NCBI GenBank assembly: GCA_964527185.1
Contig: CAZGOI010000002.1
Span: 197,532-261,531 of the forward strand
Length of the DNA: 64,000 nt
Reading direction: 5' to 3'
Origin: an uncultured Candidatus Saccharibacteria bacterium
GTDB lineage: Bacteria; Patescibacteriota; Minisyncoccia; Phycocordibacterales; UBA9973
Position numbers and translations under genes: made by a program. The notes beneath the pieces were generated by a model. That model worked only from the letters and a program-made list of their open reading frames with translations, made no database searches and was not told where the DNA came from. Shown here piece by piece: positions 50,446-59,517 of this stretch (position 1 is its first letter; the number at the start of each line of letters is the position of its first letter).

Positions 50446-50796
50446 TTAGTTGAATCTTGCTCCGAGTTTAAGATCGTTAACCATTGCCATGATTTCATTG
50501 GCTTTGGGCATCTTGAATTTAGGACATGGATTATTAAAATATCTGCGGAATTCATTAAAAAGATGGATGATCCATTCGAACAGTTGGTGTAACCTTTTAT
50601 ACGTCCATAATTTTATAGATTGAATTTGCGATAGATCAAGACAGCCGGCAGCCATGTCGATTGCATCCTGTTTGATTACAGTAATGTTGTAAATCAGGTC
50701 TTGTCTGACTTCACAAACTTTTGCCTCGAACCCTTGTTGAGCAAGCGAAGACTCAAAGCTATAGGCAACCATAGTTACCATTTTGGTTTTTTTCAT
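50446..50796 (-). CDS. Hypothetical protein
   Basis: ATG-start 116-aa ORF, no recognisable motif. Confidence 0.5.
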   Translation of the reverse strand: MKKTKMVTMVAYSFESSLAQQGFEAKVCEVRQDLIYNITVIKQDAIDMAAGCLDLSQIQSIKLWTYKRLHQLFEWIIHLFNEFRRYFNNPCPKFKMPKANEIMAMVNDLKLGARFN

Positions 50797-50921
50797 AAAA
50801 AACAGTTTTAATTTAAAAATTGGTTTACTTTTTAAATACTTTAATTTTATTTTTATCTAAAGTCAATATATCTATAGCACTTGTATTTTCTAAACACTTG
50901 TGATATAGTCATGCTGTTACA

Positions 50922-51009
50922 AGCCCAGGTTGAGATTAACCCTTTGCGAGCCGATTGAAAAATCAGTTCGTGAAAACCTCAAACTGCGCCGCAATCGTGC
51001 GGTTTTTTT
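50922..51009 (+). promoter_or_regulatory. Structured 5' leader of rpsA
   Basis: Nested stems and terminal CCGCA-ATCG-TGCGG-T7 hairpin downstream of TGnTATAGT (50901-50909). Confidence 0.55.
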
Positions 51010-51018
51010 AATGCAAAT

Positions 51019-52149
51019 ATGAAAAAAATAAAAGAAGAAGATTCAAATATCATAGACTCGATCGCTGAAAATGCAAAGATCGAACTCTCGAGCGTCGGCA
51101 AGATGCTTGAGAAAAGTGAATTGCCTCCGCAAATAGACACGCTCGTCGAAGGCCCAGTCATTTCGATCCAGAAGTCATCGGTCTATATCGACCTTGCCCC
51201 ATTTGGTACGGGTATTATCTATGGTCGCGAGTTTATAAACGCCAAAGATATTATAAAAAAAGTAAATATAGGCGACGTGGTCAAAGCCAAAGTCGTTTCG
51301 ACCGACAACGACGACGGCTACATCGAACTATCGCTCAAAGAAGCCAAGCAAGCCCTGATCTGGAGCGAAGCCGAGAAAGCTATCAAATCAAAAATGCCGA
51401 TCGAACTCACCATCAAGGAGGCAAACAAGGGTGGCCTGATACTAGAGTGGCAAGGCATTCAGGGTTTCTTGCCGGCATCGCAATTAAAGAGCGAACACTA
51501 CCCGCGAGTTGAAGATTCAGACAAAGATAAAATTTTGAAAGCTTTGAAAACACTCGTCGGCAAGCGCATAAACGTTGTCATGATCTCGGCCCTGCCAAAA
51601 GAAGGTAAATTAATTTTCTCTGAGAAAGACAACAACCCAGAAGAGCGGCAAGAAATAGTCGGCAAATACACTGTTGGCGACGAACTCGATTGCACGGTCG
51701 CTGGCATTGTCGACTTTGGCGTTTTCTTAAAAGTTGAAGAAGGTCTCGAGGGTCTCGTACATATTTCAGAACTCGATTGGGGCCTCGTCGAAGACCCTCG
51801 AGCGATGTTTAAAGTCGGCGATAAAGTTCGCGCAAAGATTATTGAAATCAAAGATGGCAAGATTTCTCTTTCGATCAAAGCCCTCAAAGAAAATCCGTGG
51901 CACGAATTTGAAAATACATTGAAGAAGGGCGACATCGTTTCAGGTGTTGTCATCAAGTTCAACAAGCACGGCGCGCTCGTCTCGATAAAGCAGGGTGTGG
52001 CCGGCTTGGTGCACAATTCGAGTTTTGGCTCTGAAGAAAAATTAAAGAAAGCGCTCGAACTCGGAAAAACTTATGACTTCCAAGTCACCCTCTTTGAACC
52101 AAGAGAGCAGCGCATGACGCTTGTCTATCTCGACAAAAAAACTGAATAA
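51019..52149 (+). CDS. rpsA: 30S ribosomal protein S1 (four S1 domains)
   Basis: NKGGL, GFLPASQL, FGVF...EGLVHISEL S1 repeats. Confidence 0.9.
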   Translation: MKKIKEEDSNIIDSIAENAKIELSSVGKMLEKSELPPQIDTLVEGPVISIQKSSVYIDLAPFGTGIIYGREFINAKDIIKKVNIGDVVKAKVVSTDNDDGYIELSLKEAKQALIWSEAEKAIKSKMPIELTIKEANKGGLILEWQGIQGFLPASQLKSEHYPRVEDSDKDKILKALKTLVGKRINVVMISALPKEGKLIFSEKDNNPEERQEIVGKYTVGDELDCTVAGIVDFGVFLKVEEGLEGLVHISELDWGLVEDPRAMFKVGDKVRAKIIEIKDGKISLSIKALKENPWHEFENTLKKGDIVSGVVIKFNKHGALVSIKQGVAGLVHNSSFGSEEKLKKALELGKTYDFQVTLFEPREQRMTLVYLDKKTE

Positions 52150-52169
52150 TATTCACACCGTGGAGGCTT

Positions 52170-52754
52170 TTAATTATACAAACTCATAGCTTTTTGTTTG
52201 CCGTCTTCAGAAACAGTAGTTAAAATTTCGGAAACTTTTTTGGAAAGTTTTTTGAGGGTTTTTAATTCTTCGTCTTTGAAATTTCCGAGCAGGAATTTAA
52301 GAACTTCTTTTTCGCCTTTTGGTTTTTTGATTTTACCAGTCAGTGTATGCGGCGAGACGCCGATTCGAATGCGCAAAAATTCTTGCGATTTAACTTTTTT
52401 GATGACCGACTGCAGGCCATTGTGCCCACCGCTCGAGCGATCAAAAGAAATTTTTAAACTCCCAACTGGAATATCGAGATCATCGTAAACAACAATCAAA
52501 TTTTTTAATTTTTTAGAATTATCGATAATTTGCGCTACGGCGTTGCCTGAATTGTTCATGAATGTTTCAGGGAGTAGGAAGTCAAATTTTTCTCCATTGA
52601 TTTCACCTTTTGATTTAAGTGATTTTGTTTTCATATCGCTTTTCCAATCTAAGAAGTTATTTTCTTTTGCAACAAATTCCAAAACAATCCGCCCGGCATT
52701 GTGGCGGGTTTTTTCATATTCTTTTCCTGGGTTTCCAAGACCAACGATTAGCAT
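52170..52754 (-). CDS. pth: Peptidyl-tRNA hydrolase
   Basis: VGLGNPG..Y..TRHN, FMNNSG, GGHNGL. Confidence 0.97.
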   Translation of the reverse strand: MLIVGLGNPGKEYEKTRHNAGRIVLEFVAKENNFLDWKSDMKTKSLKSKGEINGEKFDFLLPETFMNNSGNAVAQIIDNSKKLKNLIVVYDDLDIPVGSLKISFDRSSGGHNGLQSVIKKVKSQEFLRIRIGVSPHTLTGKIKKPKGEKEVLKFLLGNFKDEELKTLKKLSKKVSEILTTVSEDGKQKAMSLYN

Positions 52755-52933
52755 GTGTGGAATTATTGTATCACAAGTAAAAACTTTTTTATAAAAACGT
52801 CTGGTCCGCGCCGCGATCGAGCCGACGGGAGATCCGAAAACTTTTTTATGTAAGAAGTTTATTTAAAATCTATCAGAACACACAAAATTCTATTCTGTCA
52901 ATAGTATTTGTGTGCTAAAATAAGGCCTATTAA

Positions 52934-53539
52934 ATGGAAAACCAAAACACAACACCGTCACCGCAAGTAACTCCACAGAAATCAGCTCTGCGGAAGCATG
53001 CCGAGAATGCATGGGATTTGGTAAAGTTTGCAATCATCGCACTTGCAATCGTGGTACCGATACGCATGTGGGTTGCCCAACCATTTGTCGTTTCGGGCGA
53101 CTCGATGTTCCCTACTTTTCACGACGGGCAGTATCTCATCATCGATGAAATTTCATATATCCTCGGCACACCACGCCGCGGCGATGTCATAGTCTTCCAC
53201 TATCCAGCCGACCAATCACGATATTTCATAAAGCGCATCATCGGCTTGCCAAATGAAAGAGTTGAGATTAAAGATGGGGTGGTCACAATCTACAACGACC
53301 AAAATAAAAATGGCTTCACTCTAAACGAACCATATATCGATGAAAAATTTTCTGACACCAAATCATACACTCTCGGCGCCGGCCAATACTTTGTCATGGG
53401 AGACAATCGTAACCGCAGTTCAGATTCGCGCTCGTGGGGCCTGCTACCACGAAATCTAATCGTCGGCCGCGTCTACTTGAGGCTTCTGCCAACAAATACC
53501 GTCGCCTACTTGCCTGGCGCATTTAAAGAAGATAAATAA
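52934..53539 (+). CDS. lepB: Signal peptidase I
   Basis: SGDSMFPT, FIKRIIGLP, MGDNR..SSDSR. Confidence 0.96.
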   Translation: MENQNTTPSPQVTPQKSALRKHAENAWDLVKFAIIALAIVVPIRMWVAQPFVVSGDSMFPTFHDGQYLIIDEISYILGTPRRGDVIVFHYPADQSRYFIKRIIGLPNERVEIKDGVVTIYNDQNKNGFTLNEPYIDEKFSDTKSYTLGAGQYFVMGDNRNRSSDSRSWGLLPRNLIVGRVYLRLLPTNTVAYLPGAFKEDK

Positions 53540-53541
53540 TT

Positions 53542-54837
53542 ATGACCGAAAAGAAAAAATCAAATAAAGAAACATTTCAAACCGTCAGAGGCATGCGAGA
53601 TATTTCTGGCGACGTTTACTACCACTTTCAAGGTTTATTTGAAAAGGCTCAAGAAGTTGCAGTCTACTATGGCTTCAAACCGATAGACACGCCGATCGCC
53701 GAACACGAAGAAGTTTTCACTTCATCGATCGGCGTTGGCACAGATATCGTCGATAAAGAAATGTATACCCTAAAAACAAAGGGTGGCGACCACTTGGCCC
53801 TGCGACCCGAGCACACGGCCGGTCTAATGCGAAGCTATATCGAGCACGGCATGCAAGCCGAGCCGCAGCCGTTGCTTTTCTATAACTACGGCCCGGTTTT
53901 CAGACACGATAGCCCGCAGAAAGGGCGCTACCGACAATTTTGGCAGTTCGACATGGACGCCCTCGGCAGCGACAAGAGCATTCTAGATGCGCTCGTCATC
54001 AAAGCTACGTGGACGATTTTAATGGAGGCCGGGGCAGAGGGTTTATCTCTTGATATCAATTCGATCGGCGACAAAGAATGCCGCGCAAGCTATATAAAAG
54101 AGTTAGTCGCCTACTACCGCAAACATGCGAATGCTCTGCCGACGATCGATCGCGAGAGGTTGAAGTCAAACCCGCTCAGAGTTTTAGATTCGAAAGAAGA
54201 AAAAACTATCGAGCTCAACCAAAACGCGCCTGACATGCTTTCGTATCTATGCCCGGCGTGCAAAAAACATTTTAAAGAAGTGCTTGAATACTTGGAGCAG
54301 ATGGAAATCCCCTACAACATAAACAAGTGCCTCGTTCGCGGGCTTTCATACTACACTCGCACAGTGGCCGAAGTCATGATCGACGACAGAGAGTCTGGCA
54401 AAAAAGTCACGATCGCCGCTGGTGGGCGGTATGACTACCTCGGCCGGCAACTCGGCAGTAAAAAAGACGTGCCAGCCGTCGGTATGTCAATCGGTGTTGA
54501 CCGCATTGTCGAGGCCCCGTGGTTTGCCAAACTCACGCCGAGGATTTTGAAAAAACCAAAAATATATTTTATCCAACTCGGTTGGGAAGCAAAATTAAAA
54601 TCTCTGAACGTCATTGAAATATTGCGCAAGGGTAAAGTGCCGATCGCCCAGTCGATATCAAAAGACAATCTGAGTTCTCAACTTTCTATGGCAGAGAAGC
54701 TCGGCATGCACTACGCCATAATATTTGGCCAAAAAGAAGCGATGGAAAATTCTGTCATCGTTCGCGATATGAACAATCGCTCCCAAGAGACGGTTAAATT
54801 GCCAAAACTCCTCGAATACATAAAAGAATTAAAATAA
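53542..54837 (+). CDS. hisS: Histidine--tRNA ligase
   Basis: LRPEHTA, GRYRQF, LVRGLSYY, GGRYD. Confidence 0.97.
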   Translation: MTEKKKSNKETFQTVRGMRDISGDVYYHFQGLFEKAQEVAVYYGFKPIDTPIAEHEEVFTSSIGVGTDIVDKEMYTLKTKGGDHLALRPEHTAGLMRSYIEHGMQAEPQPLLFYNYGPVFRHDSPQKGRYRQFWQFDMDALGSDKSILDALVIKATWTILMEAGAEGLSLDINSIGDKECRASYIKELVAYYRKHANALPTIDRERLKSNPLRVLDSKEEKTIELNQNAPDMLSYLCPACKKHFKEVLEYLEQMEIPYNINKCLVRGLSYYTRTVAEVMIDDRESGKKVTIAAGGRYDYLGRQLGSKKDVPAVGMSIGVDRIVEAPWFAKLTPRILKKPKIYFIQLGWEAKLKSLNVIEILRKGKVPIAQSISKDNLSSQLSMAEKLGMHYAIIFGQKEAMENSVIVRDMNNRSQETVKLPKLLEYIKELK

Positions 54838-54838
54838 T

Positions 54839-55384
54839 ATGGTTTCAATCATTCAAAATGGCCACCCGACTTTGCGCAAAGTTGCAAAAGAGGTTCATAT
54901 TGCCAAAGTCACAGAACCAAAAATAAAAAAAGTTTTGAAAGATATGGCCGAGGCCCTGCATAGAGAAGACGACGGTGTGGCAATCGCCGCGCCGCAGATC
55001 AATGTGCCTCTGCGAATTTTTATTGTCAATGGTAAAATTTTTGAAGATGGTTTTGAGCGCGGAAAAAAAGAAAGTTTGCGAAAAACTTCGGCAAAAAAAA
55101 TCCCAGACATGGTTTTCGTAAACCCGGTATTCAAAAAAATTTCAAAAGATAAAAAACTCTTAGCCGAAGGCTGCCTGTCGGTCAGACCGCTTTATGGCAA
55201 AGTGCGCCGAGCAACACGAGCGACGGTCGAAGCCTATGACGAGCACGGAAAAAAATTTACCAAATCAGGCAGCGGGTTGCTGGCCCACATATTTCAACAC
55301 GAGATCGACCATTTAGAAGGTATCTTATTCATAGATAAGGCTCGCGACATCCACGAGTCGACGCCTGAAGAAGAATATAAATAG
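54839..55384 (+). CDS. def: Peptide deformylase
   Basis: GVAIAAPQ, EGCLS, QHEIDHL. Confidence 0.97.
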   Translation: MVSIIQNGHPTLRKVAKEVHIAKVTEPKIKKVLKDMAEALHREDDGVAIAAPQINVPLRIFIVNGKIFEDGFERGKKESLRKTSAKKIPDMVFVNPVFKKISKDKKLLAEGCLSVRPLYGKVRRATRATVEAYDEHGKKFTKSGSGLLAHIFQHEIDHLEGILFIDKARDIHESTPEEEYK

Positions 55385-55386
55385 CC

Positions 55387-56214
55387 ATGAGTAAAAATTT
55401 TGCATTTTGGGGCAGCCCGATGGTTGCAAGCCAGACGCTTGAAATCTTGCATAGAGCTGGGTTTGTGCCGACTGTTATAGTAACTTCACCCGACAGGCCG
55501 GCCGGCCGCGGTATGCGCCTGACCGAGACCGAGGTCGCAACTTGGGCGAAAAATAATAAAATTGAATGTCTAAAACCGGAAAAAATCAATAAAGATTTTA
55601 TCGAAAAATTTAAAAGTTACAAAATAGATCTTTCAATCGTCGTTGCTTATGGAAAAATTTTGCCAGAGGAAATTATAAATTTGCCTCGACTTGGAACCCT
55701 CAATATTCACTACTCACTTTTGCCAAAATATCGCGGGGCTTCGCCTGTTGAGCAAGCGCTACTTTTGGGCGAGACTGTAACTGGGGTTAGCATTCAACAG
55801 ATGGAAGAGAGGCTCGACAGCGGACCGATACTTGCAAACAAAGAACTCGAAATTGGCAGCCATGAAATGAAGGGTGAACTTTTATCTAGATTGATCAACC
55901 TCGGCGCAGAACTTTTGCGAGACATATTGCCGAGAGTTTTTGAATCTAGGATCGAGAAAATAAAACAAGATGAGGGTTTGGCAACGTTTTGTAAAAAAAT
56001 AGAAAAGAGCGATGGAGAAATCGACCCGACTGGCAGTCCAGTAGAAAATTACAATAAATATCGGGCTTTTGAAGGCTGGCCGGGAGTTTATTTTTTCAAA
56101 AATGGCAAAAGAATAAAAATAACGAAGGCAAAATTTGAAAATGGCTCGTTTTTGATCGAGACGGTTATCCCCGAAGGTAAAAAAGAAATCGATTGGTCTA
56201 GTATTTCGAAGTAA
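55387..56214 (+). CDS. fmt: Methionyl-tRNA formyltransferase
   Basis: PDRPAGRG, VAYGKIL, NIHYSLLPKYRGASP. Confidence 0.96.
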   Translation: MSKNFAFWGSPMVASQTLEILHRAGFVPTVIVTSPDRPAGRGMRLTETEVATWAKNNKIECLKPEKINKDFIEKFKSYKIDLSIVVAYGKILPEEIINLPRLGTLNIHYSLLPKYRGASPVEQALLLGETVTGVSIQQMEERLDSGPILANKELEIGSHEMKGELLSRLINLGAELLRDILPRVFESRIEKIKQDEGLATFCKKIEKSDGEIDPTGSPVENYNKYRAFEGWPGVYFFKNGKRIKITKAKFENGSFLIETVIPEGKKEIDWSSISK

Positions 56215-56581
56215 ATGGGTTGCGCTTCGATAAACCCTTTAGCATTTTTTTGACACTAGTTGCCCCGCGCTTAAAAAGTGTTTGCTTTCTGTCTTTGGTG
56301 TGGGTAATCCGCCCAAAAATTTGATCTTTGGCATTGTCGATGGCGGTGTAGAGGTCGCTACTTTCCGATTGAGCAAAAAAACGTTTTCCTTGAAAAGAAA
56401 TATCGAACTCGGCTTTGTAAAAATCTCCTTGCTTGTGGTGGTTGGTTGTCTTGCCTACTTCGACATAGCCAAAAATATCGTCGCCCTGGGTAAATTTTTC
56501 TAAAGTTAATAATTTTTTCTTAACATAATCGTTGATAGCCTCGGTCAATTCCATATTGGTCGCTTTAATATTTATGTTCAT
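56198..56581 (-). CDS. hpf: Ribosome hibernation factor (HPF/RaiA family)
   Basis: MNINIKATNMELTEAI..YV..K, DLYTAID. Confidence 0.88.
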   Translation of the reverse strand: MNINIKATNMELTEAINDYVKKKLLTLEKFTQGDDIFGYVEVGKTTNHHKQGDFYKAEFDISFQGKRFFAQSESSDLYTAIDNAKDQIFGRITHTKDRKQTLFKRGATSVKKMLKGLSKRNPFTSKY

Positions 56582-56618
56582 GTTCTGATTATAACAAAAT
56601 CTCTGCTATAATATCCAT

Positions 56619-56744
56619 ATGTCTAAAAAAGCGCTCAAAATACATCAAAAGGGTGTTCGACCAGGCCTCTTCACCGCCCACCGGTTGCAACCAAATGTCA
56701 AAAATTTTGGCAGTCGTCAAGTGCGTAAGTCTAAAAAATCTTAG
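56619..56744 (+). CDS. Putative 41-aa basic small protein (not in the ORF track)
   Basis: MSKKALKIHQKGVRPGLFTAHRLQPNVKNFGSRQVRKSKKS; TGnTATAAT at 56604-56612, terminator at 56752-56776. Confidence 0.5.
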   Translation: MSKKALKIHQKGVRPGLFTAHRLQPNVKNFGSRQVRKSKKS

Positions 56745-56855
56745 GTGGTGGGCAAGCCAAATTCGGCTTGTTTTTTGTCACAATGTATTTTTTTGAACGT
56801 TAGTGTATAATGTGTTTCGTCGATATTATTTATTAATTAACTTAACAATAAAATA

Positions 56856-57317
56856 ATGTTAAACAAGAATTTTGCTAAAACCATTGCAGCTGTCGGTATC
56901 ATGAGTGCGCTTGCATTCACAGCTTTTGCCGAAAATAGTTCTGGTACATCGGGTGGTACTACACCAGCCGTTACAAGTAATACAGTTTCTGCAACAGCTA
57001 TCGCTTGCGTCGGTCAGGCCGTTAGTGCTCGCGAGCAAGCTATAGATGCTGCTACAACTACATTTACAAGTGCTGCCAATGCAGCATACAGTGCTCGTGC
57101 TTCTGCATTAGCTGCTGCATATCAAAAAACAACAAAAGCTGATGTGAAGAGTGCGGTTAAAGCTGCTTGGAGTGCATTTAATTCAGCTATGAAGAGCGCT
57201 CGCTCTGCATGGAATAGTGCCCGCAAGAGTGCTTGGAGTGCATTTAGAACTGCAGCAAGAGCTTGCAAAGCTTCTTCAATTGTCGATTCTAGTTCACAAG
57301 AAAATTCTGGTTTGTAA
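56856..57317 (+). CDS. Secreted Ala-rich helical hypothetical protein
   Basis: Signal peptide ending AFA; two Cys; AW repeats. Confidence 0.75.
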   Translation: MLNKNFAKTIAAVGIMSALAFTAFAENSSGTSGGTTPAVTSNTVSATAIACVGQAVSAREQAIDAATTTFTSAANAAYSARASALAAAYQKTTKADVKSAVKAAWSAFNSAMKSARSAWNSARKSAWSAFRTAARACKASSIVDSSSQENSGL

Positions 57318-57332
57318 TTTAAAACCTCTATC

Positions 57333-57363
57333 AGAAAAAGCCCGCTCTGCGGGCTTTTTCTTT
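57333..57363 (+). terminator. Terminator
   Basis: AGAAAAAGCCCGC-TCT-GCGGGCTTTTTCT. Confidence 0.8.
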
Positions 57364-57399
57364 GCCTTTTGAGTCTTTTTTTGATAGTATATTTGGCAT

Positions 57400-57525
57400 T
57401 CCAGAGTAGCTGAAATGCGAAGCATTTCAGAGGCGGACTTCGACCTTGGGTCGAGGAGCTGGGGTCGCGAAATTTTCTAGCAAGAAAATATTAGTGACCA
57501 GCGGTTCCGCTTTGCTACTCTAGAA
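57400..57525 (+). repeat. Duplicated tRNA-Asn 5' end with 87-nt structured insert, followed by an inverted copy
   Basis: TCCAGAGTAGCT (57400-57411) + insert (57412-57498) + CAGCGGT (57499-57505); 57506-57525 matches the reverse complement of the tRNA 5' end at 15/20. Confidence 0.8.
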
Positions 57526-57532
57526 ACCGCAT

Positions 57533-57604
57533 TCCGGAGTAGCTCAGCGGTAGAGCAGTCGCCTGTTAAGCGATTGGTCGCAGGTTCGATCCCTGCCTCC
57601 GGAG
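57533..57604 (+). tRNA. tRNA-Asn (GTT)
   Basis: Acceptor TCCGGAG/CTCCGGA, anticodon arm GTCGC-CTGTTAA-GCGAT, GGTTCGATCCC. Confidence 0.96.
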
Positions 57605-57905
57605 CCCTATAGGTTGGTTAGAAGTTGCAAGTATCTTGTCAAAGGGAGAACGCATTGAAAACACTAGGTTTTTTCCTTCTAACTGACAGTTCTGAAGTAG
57701 AAAATTAAGAAGTTGCCTTTTTTCAGGCACTTCAGAACTCTTGAAAATCTCAAGAGCTCTTTTTGCTATGTTTAGTATTGTATTTGCAATCAAATAGAAC
57801 TCTTCATCTGCTTCAGAGTGAATACTCATATCTGTGAGAATAGCACTTTGTCTTTCTTTGAACTCTTTCAATTTTCTGTCATACATTTCATCAGTAATTC
57901 GCCTC
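57566..57905 (-). pseudogene. C-terminal remnant of a large serine recombinase-like gene reading into the antisense tRNA-Asn
   Basis: ITDEMYDRKL.E.K.RQ coiled coil and EKRQLLNFLLQN..L.GK.L...PF pattern; ends GL+RRQGSNLRPIA, encoded by the tRNA antisense; no catalytic domain. Confidence 0.65.
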
Positions 57906-58205
57906 ATACGATATACCATATTCGCCTATAATATTCTCAGCTAGTTTAGTATATTTATTATTTGTTGCAGTTTGAGCTTCTCGTTTTAGTTTCTCATATC
58001 TATCAGAAATTGAGTAAACCATAGGCAGTTTTCTGAAATTAGTTTCTTTATTTTTCTCTTTTTTCAGTAGTTTTATTTTATTAACAAATGGTTTGTTTTT
58101 CAATAATTCACTAAGATAAGAAACCATTTTTGTATTGGCTTTTGATTTTTTGCCGATAAAGTAATCTGGGTATTCAATATCAGATATATCTTTCATATTA
58201 TTCAC
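57891..58205 (-). CDS. Hypothetical protein, probably truncated by the deletion that removed most of the recombinase
   Basis: Overlaps the recombinase remnant out of frame. Confidence 0.45.
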   Translation of the reverse strand: MNNMKDISDIEYPDYFIGKKSKANTKMVSYLSELLKNKPFVNKIKLLKKEKNKETNFRKLPMVYSISDRYEKLKREAQTATNNKYTKLAENIIGEYGISYEANY

Positions 58206-58283
58206 TTTACTTTAGTTTACAATACTTAGCAACATTTTGTTGTATAAATACGCAAATTAAGTTATAATTCAGATACAAAAATT

Positions 58284-58751
58284 ATGGATAAAAATCATCA
58301 ATTATTAGCATATTTAGCTAAAGAACATCCTTCAGCTTCTATCACAGTATTGATGAAGCTCTCTTATTTAGTTGATCTTGTAAGCGTAAAAAAATTAGGT
58401 CAAAAGATTTCTTCTTTTGATTATATTCGTTATAGTTATGGTCCATTTGCTCAAGAGGTTTATGGTATTGTTGAGGACCTAACTCTTAAAAAAATACTCG
58501 CTACAAAAAATGATTATGCAGGTGGTAGTGTTGAATATATAACTTATACATTTACTAATTCTGAAGATTTTTCTTTTGATAAATTGTCAGAAGAAGAGGT
58601 TTCTGTAATAAATGAAATGATGTCTGAACTAAAGGGCTATGGTGCTAAAACTTTAACTGAAATAGCATACAAAACTAAACCTATGGTTGGTCTAGGTGCA
58701 ACGCTTGGTGGGACTGAGGGTCTTTTCAAAAAACTTGATCTAGCTCAATAA
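58284..58751 (+). CDS. Panacea/SocA (DUF4065) antitoxin-domain protein
   Basis: LMKLSYLVD...Y.RYSYGPF...L.EIAY...P signature. Confidence 0.8.
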   Translation: MDKNHQLLAYLAKEHPSASITVLMKLSYLVDLVSVKKLGQKISSFDYIRYSYGPFAQEVYGIVEDLTLKKILATKNDYAGGSVEYITYTFTNSEDFSFDKLSEEEVSVINEMMSELKGYGAKTLTEIAYKTKPMVGLGATLGGTEGLFKKLDLAQ

Positions 58752-58754
58752 TAT

Positions 58755-59261
58755 ATGCAGATGCCTGAAGCGGTTACTTTGATGTATTATCATCCTAGAA
58801 ATACATTTGCTGATAAAACTTCAGAAGAAGAAAGAACGGGTGTAATCAAAAAGAAATATAAGTTGTTATTCAAACAGCATAAAGAATTAGGTCTTTATGT
58901 GTTTTTTGTTTTGACTAGTAGTCCTTCTGCTTGTGTGAAGGAAAGAATGTTTTCTATAAATAAAACAGATTGGGAAGAAAGATTAGGAAACAGCTTAGAT
59001 GCTGATTGCTCATACACTGATATTCAAAGCCATTCAGTAGTTCACGATAAAAGCGAGGTTTTAGAAAAAGCCAGTAATCCTAAAATAGGTTTTTCTTATG
59101 TGGCTAAACTATATCAATCAAAGTTCAATGAATTATCCACTGCAATAGAAAACTATCTTTCTGCTACAACAGCAAAGACGGATATTGAAAAAAGAGATTT
59201 CTTAAAAAGTATTGTTCTTGAAGATAAAGCTACAGATTTTATCAATAAGTTTAAGGTTTAG
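58755..59261 (+). CDS. Hypothetical protein, candidate toxin partner (PemK/MazF-like pattern)
   Basis: 3 bp downstream of the Panacea gene; KKKYKLL...FFVLTSS...SY.D...AKL pattern. Confidence 0.5.
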   Translation: MQMPEAVTLMYYHPRNTFADKTSEEERTGVIKKKYKLLFKQHKELGLYVFFVLTSSPSACVKERMFSINKTDWEERLGNSLDADCSYTDIQSHSVVHDKSEVLEKASNPKIGFSYVAKLYQSKFNELSTAIENYLSATTAKTDIEKRDFLKSIVLEDKATDFINKFKV

Positions 59262-59370
59262 CTTCCAGTTTGCTGTATCTTGGAAAGAAGGTCATTATTT
59301 GGCTAAAACCTAATTCTTTTTGTATTTCTTTCCAGTTTATAGTTCTGAACTCGGACAATACAGGGAGCCA
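59251..59370 (-). repeat. att-like repeat A encoding start-less tail WLPVLSEFRTINWKEIQKELGFSQIMTFFPRYSKLEAKP
   Basis: Homologous to 61288-61407 and 62098-62211; in-frame stop 3 codons upstream, no start codon. Confidence 0.8.
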
Positions 59371-59372
59371 AC

Positions 59373-59517
59373 TTGACTTTTATATATTTTTATGCTACTA
59401 TACGAATGTAGCGGCTCTTTGATATTAATGGTTGTTTATGATTGATTTTGTTGGGTTTTCCCTACACCTTTATAGGACTAGAGAAAACTCAATAATTCAA
59501 AAACTAAAACAATTAAA
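59373..59517 (+). promoter_or_regulatory. Promoter plus long hairpin leader
   Basis: TTGACT(59373)-17-TACTAT(59396) with TG; CTCTTTGATATT; stem TTGTTGGGTTTTC/GAAAACTCAATAA. Confidence 0.7.
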
